A DNA stretch of 61,765 nt, counting the filler, from Sphacelaria rigidula (taxonomy: Eukaryota): assembly GCA_964200075.2 (NCBI GenBank). It is 7 parts of 7 records of this genome, joined end to end, with 100 filler letters (N's around TTAATTAATTAA, not from the genome) between each part and the next. Parts side by side here need not be neighbours in the genome. Positions count along the whole stretch, not along the records: positions 35,355 to 44,091 come from CAXNAA020010228.1; positions 44,192 to 52,928 come from CAXNAA020010229.1; 5 more parts are not named here. One strand, given 5' to 3'. Each line of letters begins with the position of its first letter. The stretch's first letter is position 1. The position numbers and the translations under genes were made by a program. The notes beneath the pieces are model-generated. The model saw only the letters and a program-made list of their open reading frames with translations, was not told the DNA's origin and did not search any database. This document shows, one piece after another, positions 36,827 through 49,287 of this stretch.

Positions 36827-37341
36827 TGTGATGACAGATCTTCATAAGACGGGGCATAAAGTGAAATTTCCTACTTCAACCAAACATGCGGTATACTTAT
36901 TCATGAACAGTACAGTATGCATTGATTTGTACGTACTTGCTCACCATCATCGCAGGGCAAAATGGTTTTCCAGCACAAGGGATGATCAGTTTAGCGCAGA
37001 ACAGTTCGTCCTGAATGTCAGGGTATCTCGATCACAGCTTCAGGGCCGATTCAGTTTCTCTTTTGTGATGGTGGGTTTTAGCTCGTTTCAGGTCACTTCG
37101 TTTCCATTCCAGAGGGTTTTAGAACCAGGGGGCCGGTTGTCGCTCGATTCTAAAAGAGTCGGCTTCAAGTCGGATGTAAAGGGGCATGTTTATGTAACCG
37201 TCTTCGTTCGGGCTCAAACACCCTCACCCCTGACTGCGGCACATTGCCAGTTCCCGCAGTCAGCCCTCCGGGACTTTTCCATCAGAGAGATGGGCCCATC
37301 ATTGTACTGCCCTTCCTCCATGTATGCCACGATCCATAACA
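36827..37341 (-). mobile_element. Probable 3' LTR (515 bp) of the minus-strand Gypsy remnant
   Basis: On the minus strand the polypurine tract GAGGGGGGG abuts TGTTATG; the other end is CATCACA (inverted termini, 1 mismatch). Confidence 0.7.
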
Positions 37342-40300
37342 CCCCCCCTCAGGCCTAGGGTTGACAAACGCTGGGGCTGAATGTGGTTCGATGATGGATC
37401 GCCGCGTTACCATGTTCCTCGTCCTCGAGTATTCAACGTTGTTTTGGTGCAGCCGTCGATCTTGGTAACCGCTCTGCCGAGTTAGACCACGTAGGGAATT
37501 TAAACACCGTGCAGAACAATCTCGAACAGTCTCGGCAACTCCCACTCTTGTAGATCTCTCTGCCGGGTTATACGACGTGGGGAATTTGAACACCGTGCAG
37601 AAACGATCCCATCCAGTCCGGAGAAGTCCTTGACCTTGTTGACCGCTCTGCTGGGTTGGACCACGTAGGGAATTTGAACACCGTACAGAAACGATCCCAT
37701 CCAGTCCGGAGAAGTCCTTGATCTTGTTGACCGCTCTGTCGGGTCAGACCACGTAGGAAATTGACACACCGTGCAGAAACGATCCAATCCCGTCCGGAAA
37801 AACTCTTGTTCCTGTTGACCGCTCTGGGTTGTCCGTAAACCGTTCGGGGATCTTGATACCTCCGGGAATCTACCGCGCAATTGAGCCCCTTTCTGCTCGA
37901 GATGGTGTATCAGATGGACGTGGCCTGGTCTGCGGTTGATATGATTCCCACAAGGCATGAAACACGTCCAACTGTAACTCAGTGAAACTGTCCAAATCCT
38001 CTCCTCTGAAAGCCAGTGTGGCTCAGCTCCATCGTGAAACAACCGTTGATGTTCCCACACTCACGACGACCCTGGGCCCAGCACTGCTTTCCTATCCTTT
38101 AGGGTATATAGTAGAAGTGTGGACGTGATGTCCTCAGCCAACCCCAAATCTGCCCCCCCAAGCTAGCTAAAAGATCTCGCCTGGAAATGAGTGCTGCAGC
38201 TGTTCTGGGCGCACATGAAATTTCTTCACCTTGGCCGCGAACACCGTTCGCTCTTGTACTTTACGAACCTGCATTTTGACCTCAAGATTGAGACCTGGTA
38301 TCACCACCTGCCTCACCGTCCCCGGCCCAGTCCACAAAGTCGTGTACTAGTTTGGCCGGTACATCTTCGTTCAGAAGGGAGGTGTCAGACCCTTTGACTG
38401 GCATCATATCTTATACCTCTTCCCTACGCCGGTGGTGTTGGGTCAACATCTCATGAACGTCCTTCAATTTTGCCGCTGTTGCTCTACCGTGTTATTCGAC
38501 GGTAGGGATTCTGCTTCAGGTGACGCAGAGTCGACTTGGGTGCGAAGCTCGCGCTCAAAAGCAGCATTAACCGCGTTGGATTATGCGACAGTGACTGATC
38601 GAAAGTAGTATGATGAATCCATACAGCAGGATCCACATACTCGTCCCACCATTCCAGCCACTGCTTACATAGCTCGGTTAAAACGCCATGCAACCACTCT
38701 TCGTATCTTCCCACCGCGCCCTGATCGCGAGGGGAATTCGCGGGACGATGATCCAGTTTCACCTTCATCCACATGGCACACATGGTTTACTACTTCCGAA
38801 GTGAACTCCCCCCCAGCGTCACTTCAAAGGAAAAAAGGCGTTTCGAGCGTCAAGAACAGCTTCAGCAGATCCTTAACTACGTGCTCAGTAACCTTGGCTG
38901 CTAGTGGGAGAACAAAGATAACTTGGTTGCTCGATCCATAACAGCCAACGAGTACTTATTACAAGAAGTAGAAATCTGCTCCATGTCCGATGTGTCCATC
39001 TACATCATCTCCCGGGACTGCAAGAAGCGGGCGGGTCGCCTCGTTGTGGTGTGACTACTAGTACGTTTGCGTCGGCGACATCCACAAGACAGCATGTATT
39101 TGCGAGTGTCCGCGAAAAGACCGGGTCACTCATAGCGTGCGTTGACCACTAACGTCGTTTTTATCACTCCGGCTTGCCCATGCGTAGTGTACACCAACGC
39201 GAGCAGGCCAAGCACTAGACTGCGTGGAATAGCCAACTTACCTGGCGCCCTAGGTAAGGTCTATCATAGAAGATCATCATCATTTTGGAACGTACGCTTC
39301 CTGCCTCTTACCTGTTCCTTTGTTCTTATTCTCATACATTCACTTATCCCCGATGGGCCCAAGCCGGGAGTCCCGCTCTTGCGGCAAAACTAGTCGCGGC
39401 TTGTTCATCAGAATCGCTCTTGCCTGCTCGAGAACGGTCTGAGGGTTACCCTTACCTGGTATCCGTGGCTCCTCAGTTGAAGCCTCCCCCCCACCAGGGT
39501 CTTGGTCTGACTTCCGCTCTCCCTCTTGAACCGACGAACGCATTACAGCGGCTCCCCAAGTTTCTGGTAACTCTACTTCGTCACGAGGCCACATCGTAGC
39601 GAGCGTGCTCAAATCCTCATCCTCACCCTAGATATGAGTCAGGTTCAACCGACCTTCCGCTTCCATTTGATAGAACCGCCTTCATCATCCACGGGTGAAC
39701 GAAATTAGCCACAATATATGGTATGGCGTCGATATTCACCGGGGTGGTGTCTCGTAACAGTCGAGAGTAGTAGCAACTTTCACGAAATCGCCTCTGGCCA
39801 GCTCGACTGCTTCTTCCTCTTCACCTGCGTCCGCCCCATAGGGTCTGAATTCCTCGCGCCTTGGTTTCCCTTTCGTCAGCTGAGAACGAAATAATCTGGG
39901 CATCGGATTCTCGGAAGTGTGAATCACCTCGCCCTGTCCTGTCGGCACCAGAAAAATAAATAAATGTCCGCCCTAACCGCTGACCCAACGTGGGGCAGGC
40001 GACGGTGCACGCTTCCACTCGCGGCTTCCACGCTCGCAGTTGTCCTTCCTTCCGACAATCAGCTTTCAAGGCGTCCACATACGTTCATCTCTCCCGATAC
40101 GGTGCGTCCCCTTCACGGCTGAGACTGAGGCCTGCTTAGTGAGACACCCAGCTCCGCTTAACACGAGACAACGAGCTCGTTCCCACCAGGAGAGCGCACC
40201 ATCACAGCAGTACTCTCCGAGATCAGCGTTGTCACAGCGGTTGATGAGAGGAATGCCTCGACCAACTCTTTGACGACGCTGGCAAATGCTGACTTCCTTT

Positions 40301-41370
40301 CCAATCTGGTTTACTCCAACACAATCCAACGCCTTGCAGTCCCCATCAGCGTATCACTTCCACCAACTCTTTGGCTGCCAAAATACTTCCTCCATCCCCA
40401 ACTGGAAAAACCCATTCGCTAAATCAACACTCGTAGAGTACTTGGATTCTGCTGGCCCACTACACATGGTCTGCATATACCTCAAACTGCCGTTGTTTGA
40501 CTTCAGATGTTGGTTCAGTCCACGATAATCTTGATATAGTCGTAAACTACCGTCCGTCCTTCTTTCGAACCGTGACGCAGGCGGCTGCCCATGCTAGCGT
40601 CGATAACGTAGCCCGGGACTAGCTTGCTAGCGGAACCTTCTGAGCTCATGTCCTCCGTTGGATGCGGCAGCCACTGCAGCGTAGCATCGTCCTCCCACGC
40701 CACTCCAAGGCTTTTCCACACCTCATTCGATGCTGCCAGTTCGCTCCGACACGACAACCTCCCCGTCGAGTCGTCACCGAGCGCGCTTGGCTTGATAGCA
40801 CGGAAGAGGCCCAAAGTTGCCGAATCTCCTTGGCTGGTGAGGTGGTCGATGTCAACAGCTCCGAGTTTTGGGGGACTGTTAGACACGAACCGTACTCACG
40901 GCGCCTCCGGCGAAGGCCGAAATCTCGATCGCCCTTCGGAAGATAACGTGCTCTTGTTTCTCCTGAAGAAACCCGCTGCCGAAATAAATCCATATGGTAA
41001 TCCATGGACCACCCGGACTCATACCTTCATTAACTTATCCTCTGTGTGGAAACGAATAGGAATTACCGCTGACCCTAGAATCTTCATCGGAGGTATCTTA
41101 CTGTTACTAGGGTTAGCAGACCTCAAAATTCCTGCTCCCCGCCGTTGCAACGTATTTGCTTTATTACCCCACGTTACCAGCCACCTCCACCACCGTTTCG
41201 ATGCATGCCTCCCCCCCCTTGCCCCGGTGCCCAGTAACACCGTTACTGATGAGCGGTGGCTACTCTTGCTGTGGTGCCAAACTTCAGCTTGTACCCACAG
41301 CTACTGTGCATCGTTCCTACTCGCTTCGGCTAAAATGGCGTTCGAAGGAGGGTTAGCCCCGGACGGGTGA
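37342..41370 (-). mobile_element. Heavily decayed Gypsy internal region (RT and integrase fragments)
   Basis: Minus-strand fragments: SVDLANGFFQL (RT, ~40400-40430), THGQAGVIKTT (integrase zinc finger, ~39150-39190), SDAGGEF (~38800-38825), QGAVGRYEEWLHGVL...WDEYVDPAVWIH; upstream boundary approximate. Confidence 0.8.
37485..37835. repeat. Tandem repeat, ~88-bp unit x4
   Basis: GACCACGTAGGGAATTTGAACACCGTGCAGAAACGATCCCATCCAGTCCGGAGAAGTCCTTGA...GACCGCTCTG repeated. Confidence 0.9.
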
Positions 41371-42230
41371 AATATTTGTATGCGTGCCCATCGGGTTAAG
41401 GGGAACCTGGTCCCTAGATCGATGCTACAGAGACGGCGGCAGCGGCGGCGGCAGCTGAGCATGGAATATGTACCCTGCCGGTTGCGCCTGGCCTAGGATG
41501 AACAATATCAACGGAGACCCAGTTACTACAATTATCCGCTGAATGAAAACGGAGGAAAGATCGGTTATGCAAACCGTTGGTCAGGAGCACTAAGCAAATT
41601 CACCTGCGGCGCTTCAGCGGCGTTTTATTGCAAAGGCGCAAAAATACTGATGTTATGGTCGTGGCGCAGAAAAACTGCTGCAGTGGCGGACGCACAAAAG
41701 ATTGATGCTGCTGAGGAGGTGCGGCAACCTAATTCCGCGTGGGAGGGTGCGTCAACCTGCTGCTGCATGGGAAGGTGCTTGCACGGGAGGCTGTTGGACG
41801 GATCCCGCCGGGTAGAAGGGCTGGACTCGGGGGTTCAAGGGGTTTCCACCCATTTTTCACCGATTTGGGGTCAGCTATGTGATACTCGACACGTCTAACC
41901 TGCACGCACGTACCACATTGATATAAAAACACCGATTGAATGAAAACCATGTTCATGGCAGTGTATTACAATCTCAATGATTCCAGAGTCATGAGGGCGT
42001 TGTCTGGCGGAAATTCACAATCATTAACGGCGTGAGAAATGATGGAAGCAGTAACATGGATAGCAGCGCTTCACCAACATAACAATAGCGAACAAAACAT
42101 AAAGGGAAAGGAGAACGAAGGGAACAGCAATATAACTGGAAAAAGCAGGTTCATGCGTGTGCATTTGGCCAGGGTATCATGTGTCGGGGATGGCCAGGTA
42201 TAAATTCATGGACTCCCAAGGGAATTCTGG

Positions 42231-42590
42231 CTCCATATCAACCTGTTTGAACACACATGGGAAAATCCTGGCTCCCTGTCAACCTGTCGGACAGCATGGG
42301 AATTCCTGGATCCCTGTCAACCTGTTCGAACGCGCATGGGGAACTCCTGGCCCCCCTGTCAACCTGTTCGAAAACACATGGGAAATCCTGGACCCATGGC
42401 AACCTGTTCGAACACGCATGGGAAACTCCTGGCCCCCTGTCAACCTGTTCGAAAACACATGGGAAGTCCTGAATCCATGTCAACCTGTTCGAACACGCAT
42501 GGACAACTGGCCCCCTGTCAACCTGTTCGAAAACACATGGGAAATCCTCGCTCCCCTGTCAACCTGTTCGAACAGGCACGGTGTTGACAT
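42231..42590. repeat. Minisatellite, ~40-bp unit x9
   Basis: CCCTGTCAACCTGTTCGAAAACACATGGGAAATCCTGG; CAACCTG occurs nine times at ~40-bp spacing. Confidence 0.95.
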
Positions 42591-43416
42591 CGTGAGCCTT
42601 CGTCCTCGCCAATTTTCCAGTCTGAAATCAAATCCTGCTCGTTCGCTGTATGGTGCAAGCATATATATATATATATATATATATGATTCATACAACTTTC
42701 TCGTTCATCCATTCGATGTCCGGCTTGTATGTTAGCAACTTGCATAGTCTCCACGATAAACACACGAGTCGTTCACTACAAGCCAACAACTTCCATCAGA
42801 TTATTTCCGGTGTAAATCTCGGCAAAGGAATGTTTGGAACCCATGGACTCTTAAGACCAGAAGAATGTAGCCCTGCCCCGGGGATGGTCATAGCGCATAG
42901 GTAGGCGGTCATCTTCGAATTGATTGTCGGAGCACGCGTATGTGAACGGTCATCTTTGAATGGATTGTCAGAGCGTTCACAAGTAAACGGTCATCTTCGA
43001 ATTGATTATCGGAGCGTGCACGAGTATAGATGGTCAACGGGAACTGATGGAGCATCCGTCTGGTGGCCTCATGCAAACACATTAGCATGCAGCTTCACTC
43101 ATAGCCACTCAGTCGTTGCGGATCTGGGTTGAAGTCTCCATTTGATTTCGCATGCATGGCTCGTAAATTCTCTTTGAAAATATCTACCAAGGACGCGAAC
43201 GATCAAACAGGGGGAACCACGTGAAGGTTACATCCATTTTCCATGACAACAAAGCATTCCGAGCATTAATGATTTCCCCCCCCTGACCAGGGGATAGGAT
43301 CAATACCTCATGTCTCGTTCATTCGAGCCTCGCAATTTCCGTTCACAGCTAATCGGCATACATAGTACCGTGCCTGGTAGCATGTATGCCGACAGTATGA
43401 CATTACGGTTACATAA

Positions 43417-43860
43417 AACACGGGATCCTACAAATTGGGGATGGATCTTTTATTGGGGATGAGAAGCCCGGAGAATTAAAATATTCGTATGCACACCAAA
43501 TCTTCGAAATATGGTTTCATTTTTTCACCTACTGGTGGCTATTGACAACTGCTACACGCCATACAAATTTGGATTTCGATCACCGAAATGTTGGGGTCCT
43601 AGGTAAAAAAACGATTTCGGAACCGTTTTAGCGTCCGCTCGGACACCCGAAATTCTCCAAAATTGGTTTTTCACCTGGGACGCCAACATTTCGGTGATCG
43701 AAATCCAAATTTCTATGGCGTATAGCAGTTGTCAATAACTATCAGTAGGTGAAGAAGTCGAACCATATGTCGAAGATTTGGTGTGGATACGGAGATTTTA
43801 TTTCTCCGGGTTTCTCATCCCCAATAAAAGATCCATCCCCAATTTGTAAGATCCCGTGTT
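43417..43860. mobile_element. Near-complete palindromic (fold-back) MITE, ~444 bp
   Basis: AACACGGGATCCTACAAATTGGGGATGGATCTTTTATTGGGGATGAGAA pairs with TTCTCATCCCCAATAAAAGATCCATCCCCAATTTGTAAGATCCCGTGTT; arms ~200 bp; no clear TSD. Confidence 0.9.
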
Positions 43861-44013
43861 ACAAACAGTTTTTCGTACATTAGCGTACGGCAGCATAACA
43901 ATGCCATTCTCTATCACTTGCATACTTGGTCATGTACGAGGTGCGGTCAGTAGGAGGCCTTCGTTCCCAAACGCATGCTCTATCTGTCATTAATTTTAGC
44001 AGATGACATTTCG

Positions 44014-44091
44014 GAGTCATCGTACGATAGGGGGGGGGAGATTTTGGGCCATTTTTTGCTCGAACTTTCGAGTCAGATCGTCGTTGAAAGC
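44014..44091 (+). mobile_element. Probable GAG-terminal MITE end, truncated by contig end
   Basis: GAGTCATCGTACGATAGGGGGGGGG has the same spacing as the GACACTTTCTACGATAG and GAGTGATGCTACGGTAG termini. Confidence 0.5.
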
Positions 44092-44191
44092 NNNNNNNNN
44101 NNNNNNNNNNNNNNNNNNNNNNNNNNNNNNNNNNNTTAATTAATTAANNNNNNNNNNNNNNNNNNNNNNNNNNNNNNNNNNNNNNNNNNNN
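44092..44191. other. Artificial contig linker
   Basis: 44N + TTAATTAATTAA + 44N. Confidence 0.98.
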
Positions 44192-44604
44192 TGCATCCTG
44201 CCAAGACTGTTCGACCCGAAGCGTACTGATTATCTTGCACTTGGATGACAACCTACAATGAGTTGTTTTATTTTCTGACATCGCCACTTCCAGAGACAGC
44301 CACGGCTTACACACTGCCTCATGGGTGTATCATCATATAAACACTACGTGGTATGATCATCCCCTTTGCGCGGAGTTGAGGGTTTCCCACCCCACACAAT
44401 ATGATCTAGCGCGACCACCATCATGGTTACCGCAAAACGAGGGTAAGCGCGCAAAGCAATTTTAAAAAAACGGCAATCTGGTTGCCTAGCTTACGTATCA
44501 AGTGGCGTGTTTTACAGCGTCCTTACCAACCGACGCCAACCTCATGGGGGGTCCGTCACTACAAAGCTGGGACGGAGCACGCCGGGTTTTCGCCGAACCA
44601 CGCT

Positions 44605-45086
44605 AGCTAACGGTTGGTTGGGGAGGGGAGGGGGGGGGTGGGGGGGGTATTCTCCACTTCAGGGACATTTTACTCGGCTTTTGGCATTCAAGCAGGGAAT
44701 GTCGCCATAACTTGCCTTGGACACTTTGCATCACCTCACCGAGAGGAGTCTAGCGCACTTGTTGGATTCGCTTGGCTACTAGGTTTCGAGAATGACCCCT
44801 GAACAGAAATACAGTCTGACAGAAAAAAAAAATGCGGTGTCTGCAGGTTTTTTCGTGCTGCAAAACCTGCTGAAATCGCATATTTTTGTTCGGTCGGATT
44901 TTCGCTCAGGGGGCATTCTCTAAACCTAGGACCCACGCTAATCGGAGAAGTGGGTTAGACCCCTCTCGGTGGGGTGATGCAACGTGTTCAAGACGTGTTG
45001 TGGCGATATTGCCGAAAGACTCTGTCAAATGTCTCAAAAATGGAAGATATGCACTTCGCCGGGAAACCAACCGTACTAGACGGCCA
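44605..45086. mobile_element. Older, diverged relative of the 46905-47388 Harbinger-like MITE
   Basis: Shares CACCGAGAGGAG(T/C)CTAG and CCTCTCGGTGGGGTGAT...CAAGACGTGT...TCAAATGTC arms; ends ACGGCC; left boundary approximate. Confidence 0.7.
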
Positions 45087-45693
45087 TGTTGATTGAGTAA
45101 CTGATTGATTGGCTAGTTATTTGGTTCATTGTCGCACCTAAAGTGATCCACAGGGCAGACGTACCCGAGATAAAAACAAAAACGAAAGCGTTCGCTGACG
45201 AAAAGTGAAGAACACAGAAAAGGTAAAAACAGACAGAGTAAACGAAGACGAAATGAAGATAAAAACAAGAAGACAAGGACGCGGAAAAAGCGAACTAGAA
45301 ATGGACGGCCTCCGCAACATGGCTTCGGTGGAAAACGTCTTGCGCCGAAGATCGTAAATAGATTGCGGCTCATATACATCGACCTCACTCTTTTGTCCAA
45401 TCACCCTCAATGTCAAATACGCGAAAACGAGCCAAATAAATACCTTTGACCATCACCCCAAGAAGCTCCTAGTCTGATCGAAAAAAACTACCGCGGCTAC
45501 CGGATAAGGCGAAGGTGTGACCGCCGAAGGTATAGCAAGTCATTCCGAAGTATCCGAAGTAGTCTAGCCCTCCCCTCGGGCGGGCGTCAAACGACGCAGA
45601 AACGGCAAGAGAAGACTCTCCCGATTTTTAGTGGCCGGATCATAAGAAGCAGCCTTTGTACAGAAATAAGTGTGTGTATATATACTTCGTATA

Positions 45694-46194
45694 CTCCCTC
45701 CGATCGAAAACATGAGATCGGTAAGGACAAAATGCTTAGTAAGTCAACTTCCATCCTTTTTTTCGTGTTGTCTTTTTCGCTTCAAAGGTGCCGATTTTTG
45801 GCACCCTGTAATTTTGCTCCCGGTCAGAAGGGAAGATGTTCGTTTTTTCACCAAATTGTCGGTCTGCAGCATGCTCTATCTATAGCCAAGACTACACCTA
45901 CAAAAAGAGACTGGAAAAAAAAAAAGTTGTCTTGACTCCATACGGAAGAAAAAACGACATTCGAGTTTCCATACTGACCAGATCTTCGGAAAATCCGTCC
46001 GGAGAAAAAGCAATTATTCGAAGGGGATGCAAATTCACCATTCCCTGTTCGTAGGCCATATCTTCCATCTGTATACTGATTGGAGCACGGTAAAAACACA
46101 TGGTGCAAAAATACCTTTTGTACCGCCCTCAACGATAAAACCGGTCTTAGATTCCGGGAACCCTTCCCGATTTAATGTTTTCGATCCGAGGGAG
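45694..46194. mobile_element. Stowaway-like (Tc1/mariner) MITE, 501 bp, TA TSD
   Basis: TA|CTCCCTCCGATCGAAAACAT ... ATGTTTTCGATCCGAGGGAG|TA. Confidence 0.85.
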
Positions 46195-46451
46195 TACATA
46201 TATAATTGGACAAAAAGCACCGTAAAACCAGGCTGAAGCCCTCTGCAAGTAGGTTTATTCGCTCCAGGGGTGATCTAACGTACGAGGATGAGCAATTTGG
46301 TGAAGTGATCTCTCATTTCACCCAAGGGAGCACGTGGCCAGATCTCCCAGTATACGAACCTCCCAAATCCTCAAAATCAGCACCATGGGAGGAGAGGCTA
46401 CTCATGTTACTGTTTCCCCCGCCACATGGCAGCACTAACCTACTGTTCATG

Positions 46452-46455
<4 letters not shown>

Positions 46456-46504
<49 letters not shown>
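46456..46504. repeat. (TG)n microsatellite
   Basis: About 24 TG units. Confidence 0.98.
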
Positions 46505-46506
<2 letters not shown>

Positions 46507-46904
46507 CTGAGCGCTGCATGGGCTGTGAGCAACCCGCATTTAATTCGGGAACAACTCATTGACTCAAAGAGCGACGCATTCAGGCAGGTTCGGGGCAGTG
46601 AACCCAAAAGGCTGTCAGCAAACGATTATCAAAGTATCCATCTATGTATGCACTCCTGAGGATGTAGGAGGAGACGTGAGGTGACCTCGTTTTCAGTGCG
46701 GATTCGTGGTGGTGTGCTAGCGGCGTGCGAAAGAGACAATCTCACAGGCATACTGTAAAGGATTTTAGTGACGATGGTGAGTCTCCGAAAAACAATTACG
46801 CCGCTGTTCTTCAGCAGTATTCTGGTACTGTAGATGTGTCGCATCTCTTTGCCATTGAGGTGCACCGCGAGCAGTCGTATGCATCCAGCACGAAGCCATG
46901 GTAA

Positions 46905-47388
46905 GGCCGCTTGTTCCGGTTCGTATTTTGTTTGGCTCGTATTTCCCACTTTTAGGACATTTGACGAGGTTTTTGGCCCCCAAACTGGGAAAATCGTCAC
47001 CACACGTCTAGGACACCTTGTATCACCCCACCGAGAGGAGCCTAGCCCACTTTTCTGACTAGCTTAGGTCAGAGATTTCAAGAGCTGTCTCTGGACAAAA
47101 ATACGAGAAAAGCATATATGGCACAGTCTGTTGGTATTTGCATGCAATATATGCTTTTCTCGTATTTGCATGCAATATATGCTTTTCTCGTATTTTTGTC
47201 CAGAGACAGCTCTTGAAATCTCTGACCCAAGTTAGTCGGAAAAGTGGGCTAGGCTCCTCTCGGTGGGGTGATACAAGGTGTCCAAGACGTGTGGTGACGA
47301 TTTCCCAGTTTGGGGGTCAAAAACCTCGTCAAATGTCCTGAAAGTGGGATATACGAGCCAAACAAAATACGAACCGGAACAAACGGCC
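46905..47388. mobile_element. PIF/Harbinger (Tourist-like) palindromic MITE, 484 bp, TAA TSD
   Basis: TAA|GGCCGCTTGTTCCGGTTCGTATTTTGTTTGGCTCGTAT ... ATACGAGCCAAACAAAATACGAACCGGAACAAACGGCC|TAA; arms ~215 bp and highly similar. Confidence 0.92.
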
Positions 47389-47624
47389 TAAGGGCTAAGG
47401 GTGGAGCCCGATTCATAGTTGCACAAAAAATGAGAAAGACACCGTGGGATTAATCGAGACGGATTGAGAGATGCACAGCAGCACGGCTCCAGGCGAAGGG
47501 ACGTGATTTCCTGTCCGCAACCGTTTGTGCAATGATATCAAGAAATTGTTTTCGTTCCGATTGCCAGGCCCGTCGTAACAATCAGCGAAAAAAATATGTA
47601 ACGATGTTTCCTAAATTTCATGAT

Positions 47625-48190
47625 GCCCGGGTCACCAGTATCTCTGAGTTTTTCGTTTCTCTCTTTTTTCACCGGCTTCTTGGGGTCCGCGGCTATTTTT
47701 TTCTGTCTCACATTCTCGGAGCAGTTTCACGTTCGCTGAACACCTCGCGCCGGTTGCAAGAGTTATAATACAAAGCTTCATGAGCGGGTTCCTGGAGGCA
47801 AGGTCGATCTTGCTGGTGTTCTTTTCGATGGAGTTTCGGTCGGGTTCAAGGGTTTCTCGGGGTCCCCGGCCACTGCCACATTGTCGAGGCAACTTCATAA
47901 TTTCTCCAAAACTACACGCCGGTTCCATGAGATAGAAGACGAAATTTTGCACACGTCTCCCTGAAGGCAAGCTCGAGGTCGTCCGTGTCTAGTTGTTTGG
48001 AGTTTTGGTCGGTTTGACGGGTTCCTTGGGGTCCCCAGTTATCGTATGATGCGCATTCTCGGAGCGAGTTTACGTTTGCTCCATACCTCACGCCGATTTT
48101 CGAGGGTCCAAAGACGAAAATTGACACATTCCTGGAGGCAAGCCCGAGGTCACCAGTGTTTGGTTGGTCGTACTTGCTGCCAGTTTCGCC
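47625..48190. repeat. Degenerate tandem repeat, ~173-bp unit x3
   Basis: GGGGTCC at ~47682, 47859 and 48028; CCTG(G/A)AGGCAAG at ~47791, 47960 and 48132. Confidence 0.7.
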
Positions 48191-48544
48191 GTTTTTTGAG
48201 GTAATGAGCCAACGACAGTGGCCGAGCACCGTACATCCTCAGAACAATTTCCGTTTTGCTTTCTCACGCCCCCTTTTCTGGAGACTACAGCGTGATCTCC
48301 AGGCAACTACTTTTTCTTAACCGCACCGGTTCGATTTTTCTAACCCGCAGTCAACTCGTACCGATCTATCGAAAACAGTGATCAACCTTGCTCCGAGCCC
48401 AGGAATGTACTCGAACGCACGGCCCTATCTTCAGCTAGCAGCTCGTTGCTTGGATTCAGAGCACCCTCCTCATTTGGGCTTCAGAGAAAAAATGGGTTGG
48501 GATGCCGCTTTTCATTTATATGGTATATCACCCCCTTCCCAGTC

Positions 48545-48660
48545 GCCTGTAGTATGATTGTTTGCTGGCATGATTGAGCGCCGAAGCAAGTAGGGTGCCT
48601 GGGTGCCTGTAGTATGATTGTTTGCTGGCACGGTTGAGCGCCGAACCAAGTAGAGTGCTG
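48545..48660. repeat. 60-bp tandem duplication
   Basis: GCCTGTAGTATGATTGTTTGCTGGCA...TTGAGCGCCGAA.CAAGTAG occurs twice, 60 bp apart. Confidence 0.9.
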
Positions 48661-49082
48661 CAATGTAATTTCTAATTGTTCAAGTGATCGTATGGGGAAA
48701 ACGTGGGGATTTTTAATCCCGCGACATGACGAAGTTCATTGGTGTTCACACAAAGTAATTGTAATTGTGTGCTTGTATGTGCTTGAACACGTCGTCAAAC
48801 GATGTGAACGCGTTTTTTTGTCGGTATCAAGAAACGCTGTATGGAAGGTCGGTTGTTGCTTTCAAGCTCCAACGCGGCTCCTCCGTACACGGAAGTGGCG
48901 CAAAACGTCCCCACTCCAATTGTGGGCTTACTCGTATCCTTCGGATCTTGCCCAAATGAATGGTGACGGCTTATTCCTTCCCAACTTCATGGTGTGGATG
49001 GTTCGTGAAATCGAGGCCTTCCTGCACGAGAGCGCACGTATATACTGGCAACGCTCATTTCTCACAGGCAAAATGAATGAAT

Positions 49083-49284
49083 AAAGAGTTTCGGAAAACA
49101 CTTTTTTGTCACTTCAGAGTGCAAATATCTCAGAATATGATTGTAACGAAAAATTATTCCGCCCTCCGTCAAATGTGGTTCCCCCTAGACTTTTTTTCGA
49201 TGAAGTGCTTTTTTTCTTCTGCATTCTGATCCAGAGATTCTTGCACTCTGAAATGACAAAAAAAAACTTTTTCCGAAACTTTCT
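49083..49284. mobile_element. ~200-bp MITE-like fold-back
   Basis: AGTTTCGGAAAA...TTTTTTGTCACTTCAGAGTGCAA pairs with TTGCACTCTGAAATGACAAAAAA...TTTTCCGAAACT. Confidence 0.8.
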
Positions 49285-49287
49285 AAT

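Noticed and set aside
42231..42590. ~40-bp periodic repeat with a palindromic core, as a possible CRISPR array
   Set aside because: Units are head-to-tail with no spacers.
46206..46562. GDLTYEDEQFG peptide as the missing next exon of the YfaP-like gene
   Set aside because: It is on the plus strand, opposite to the gene, and runs into a TG microsatellite.
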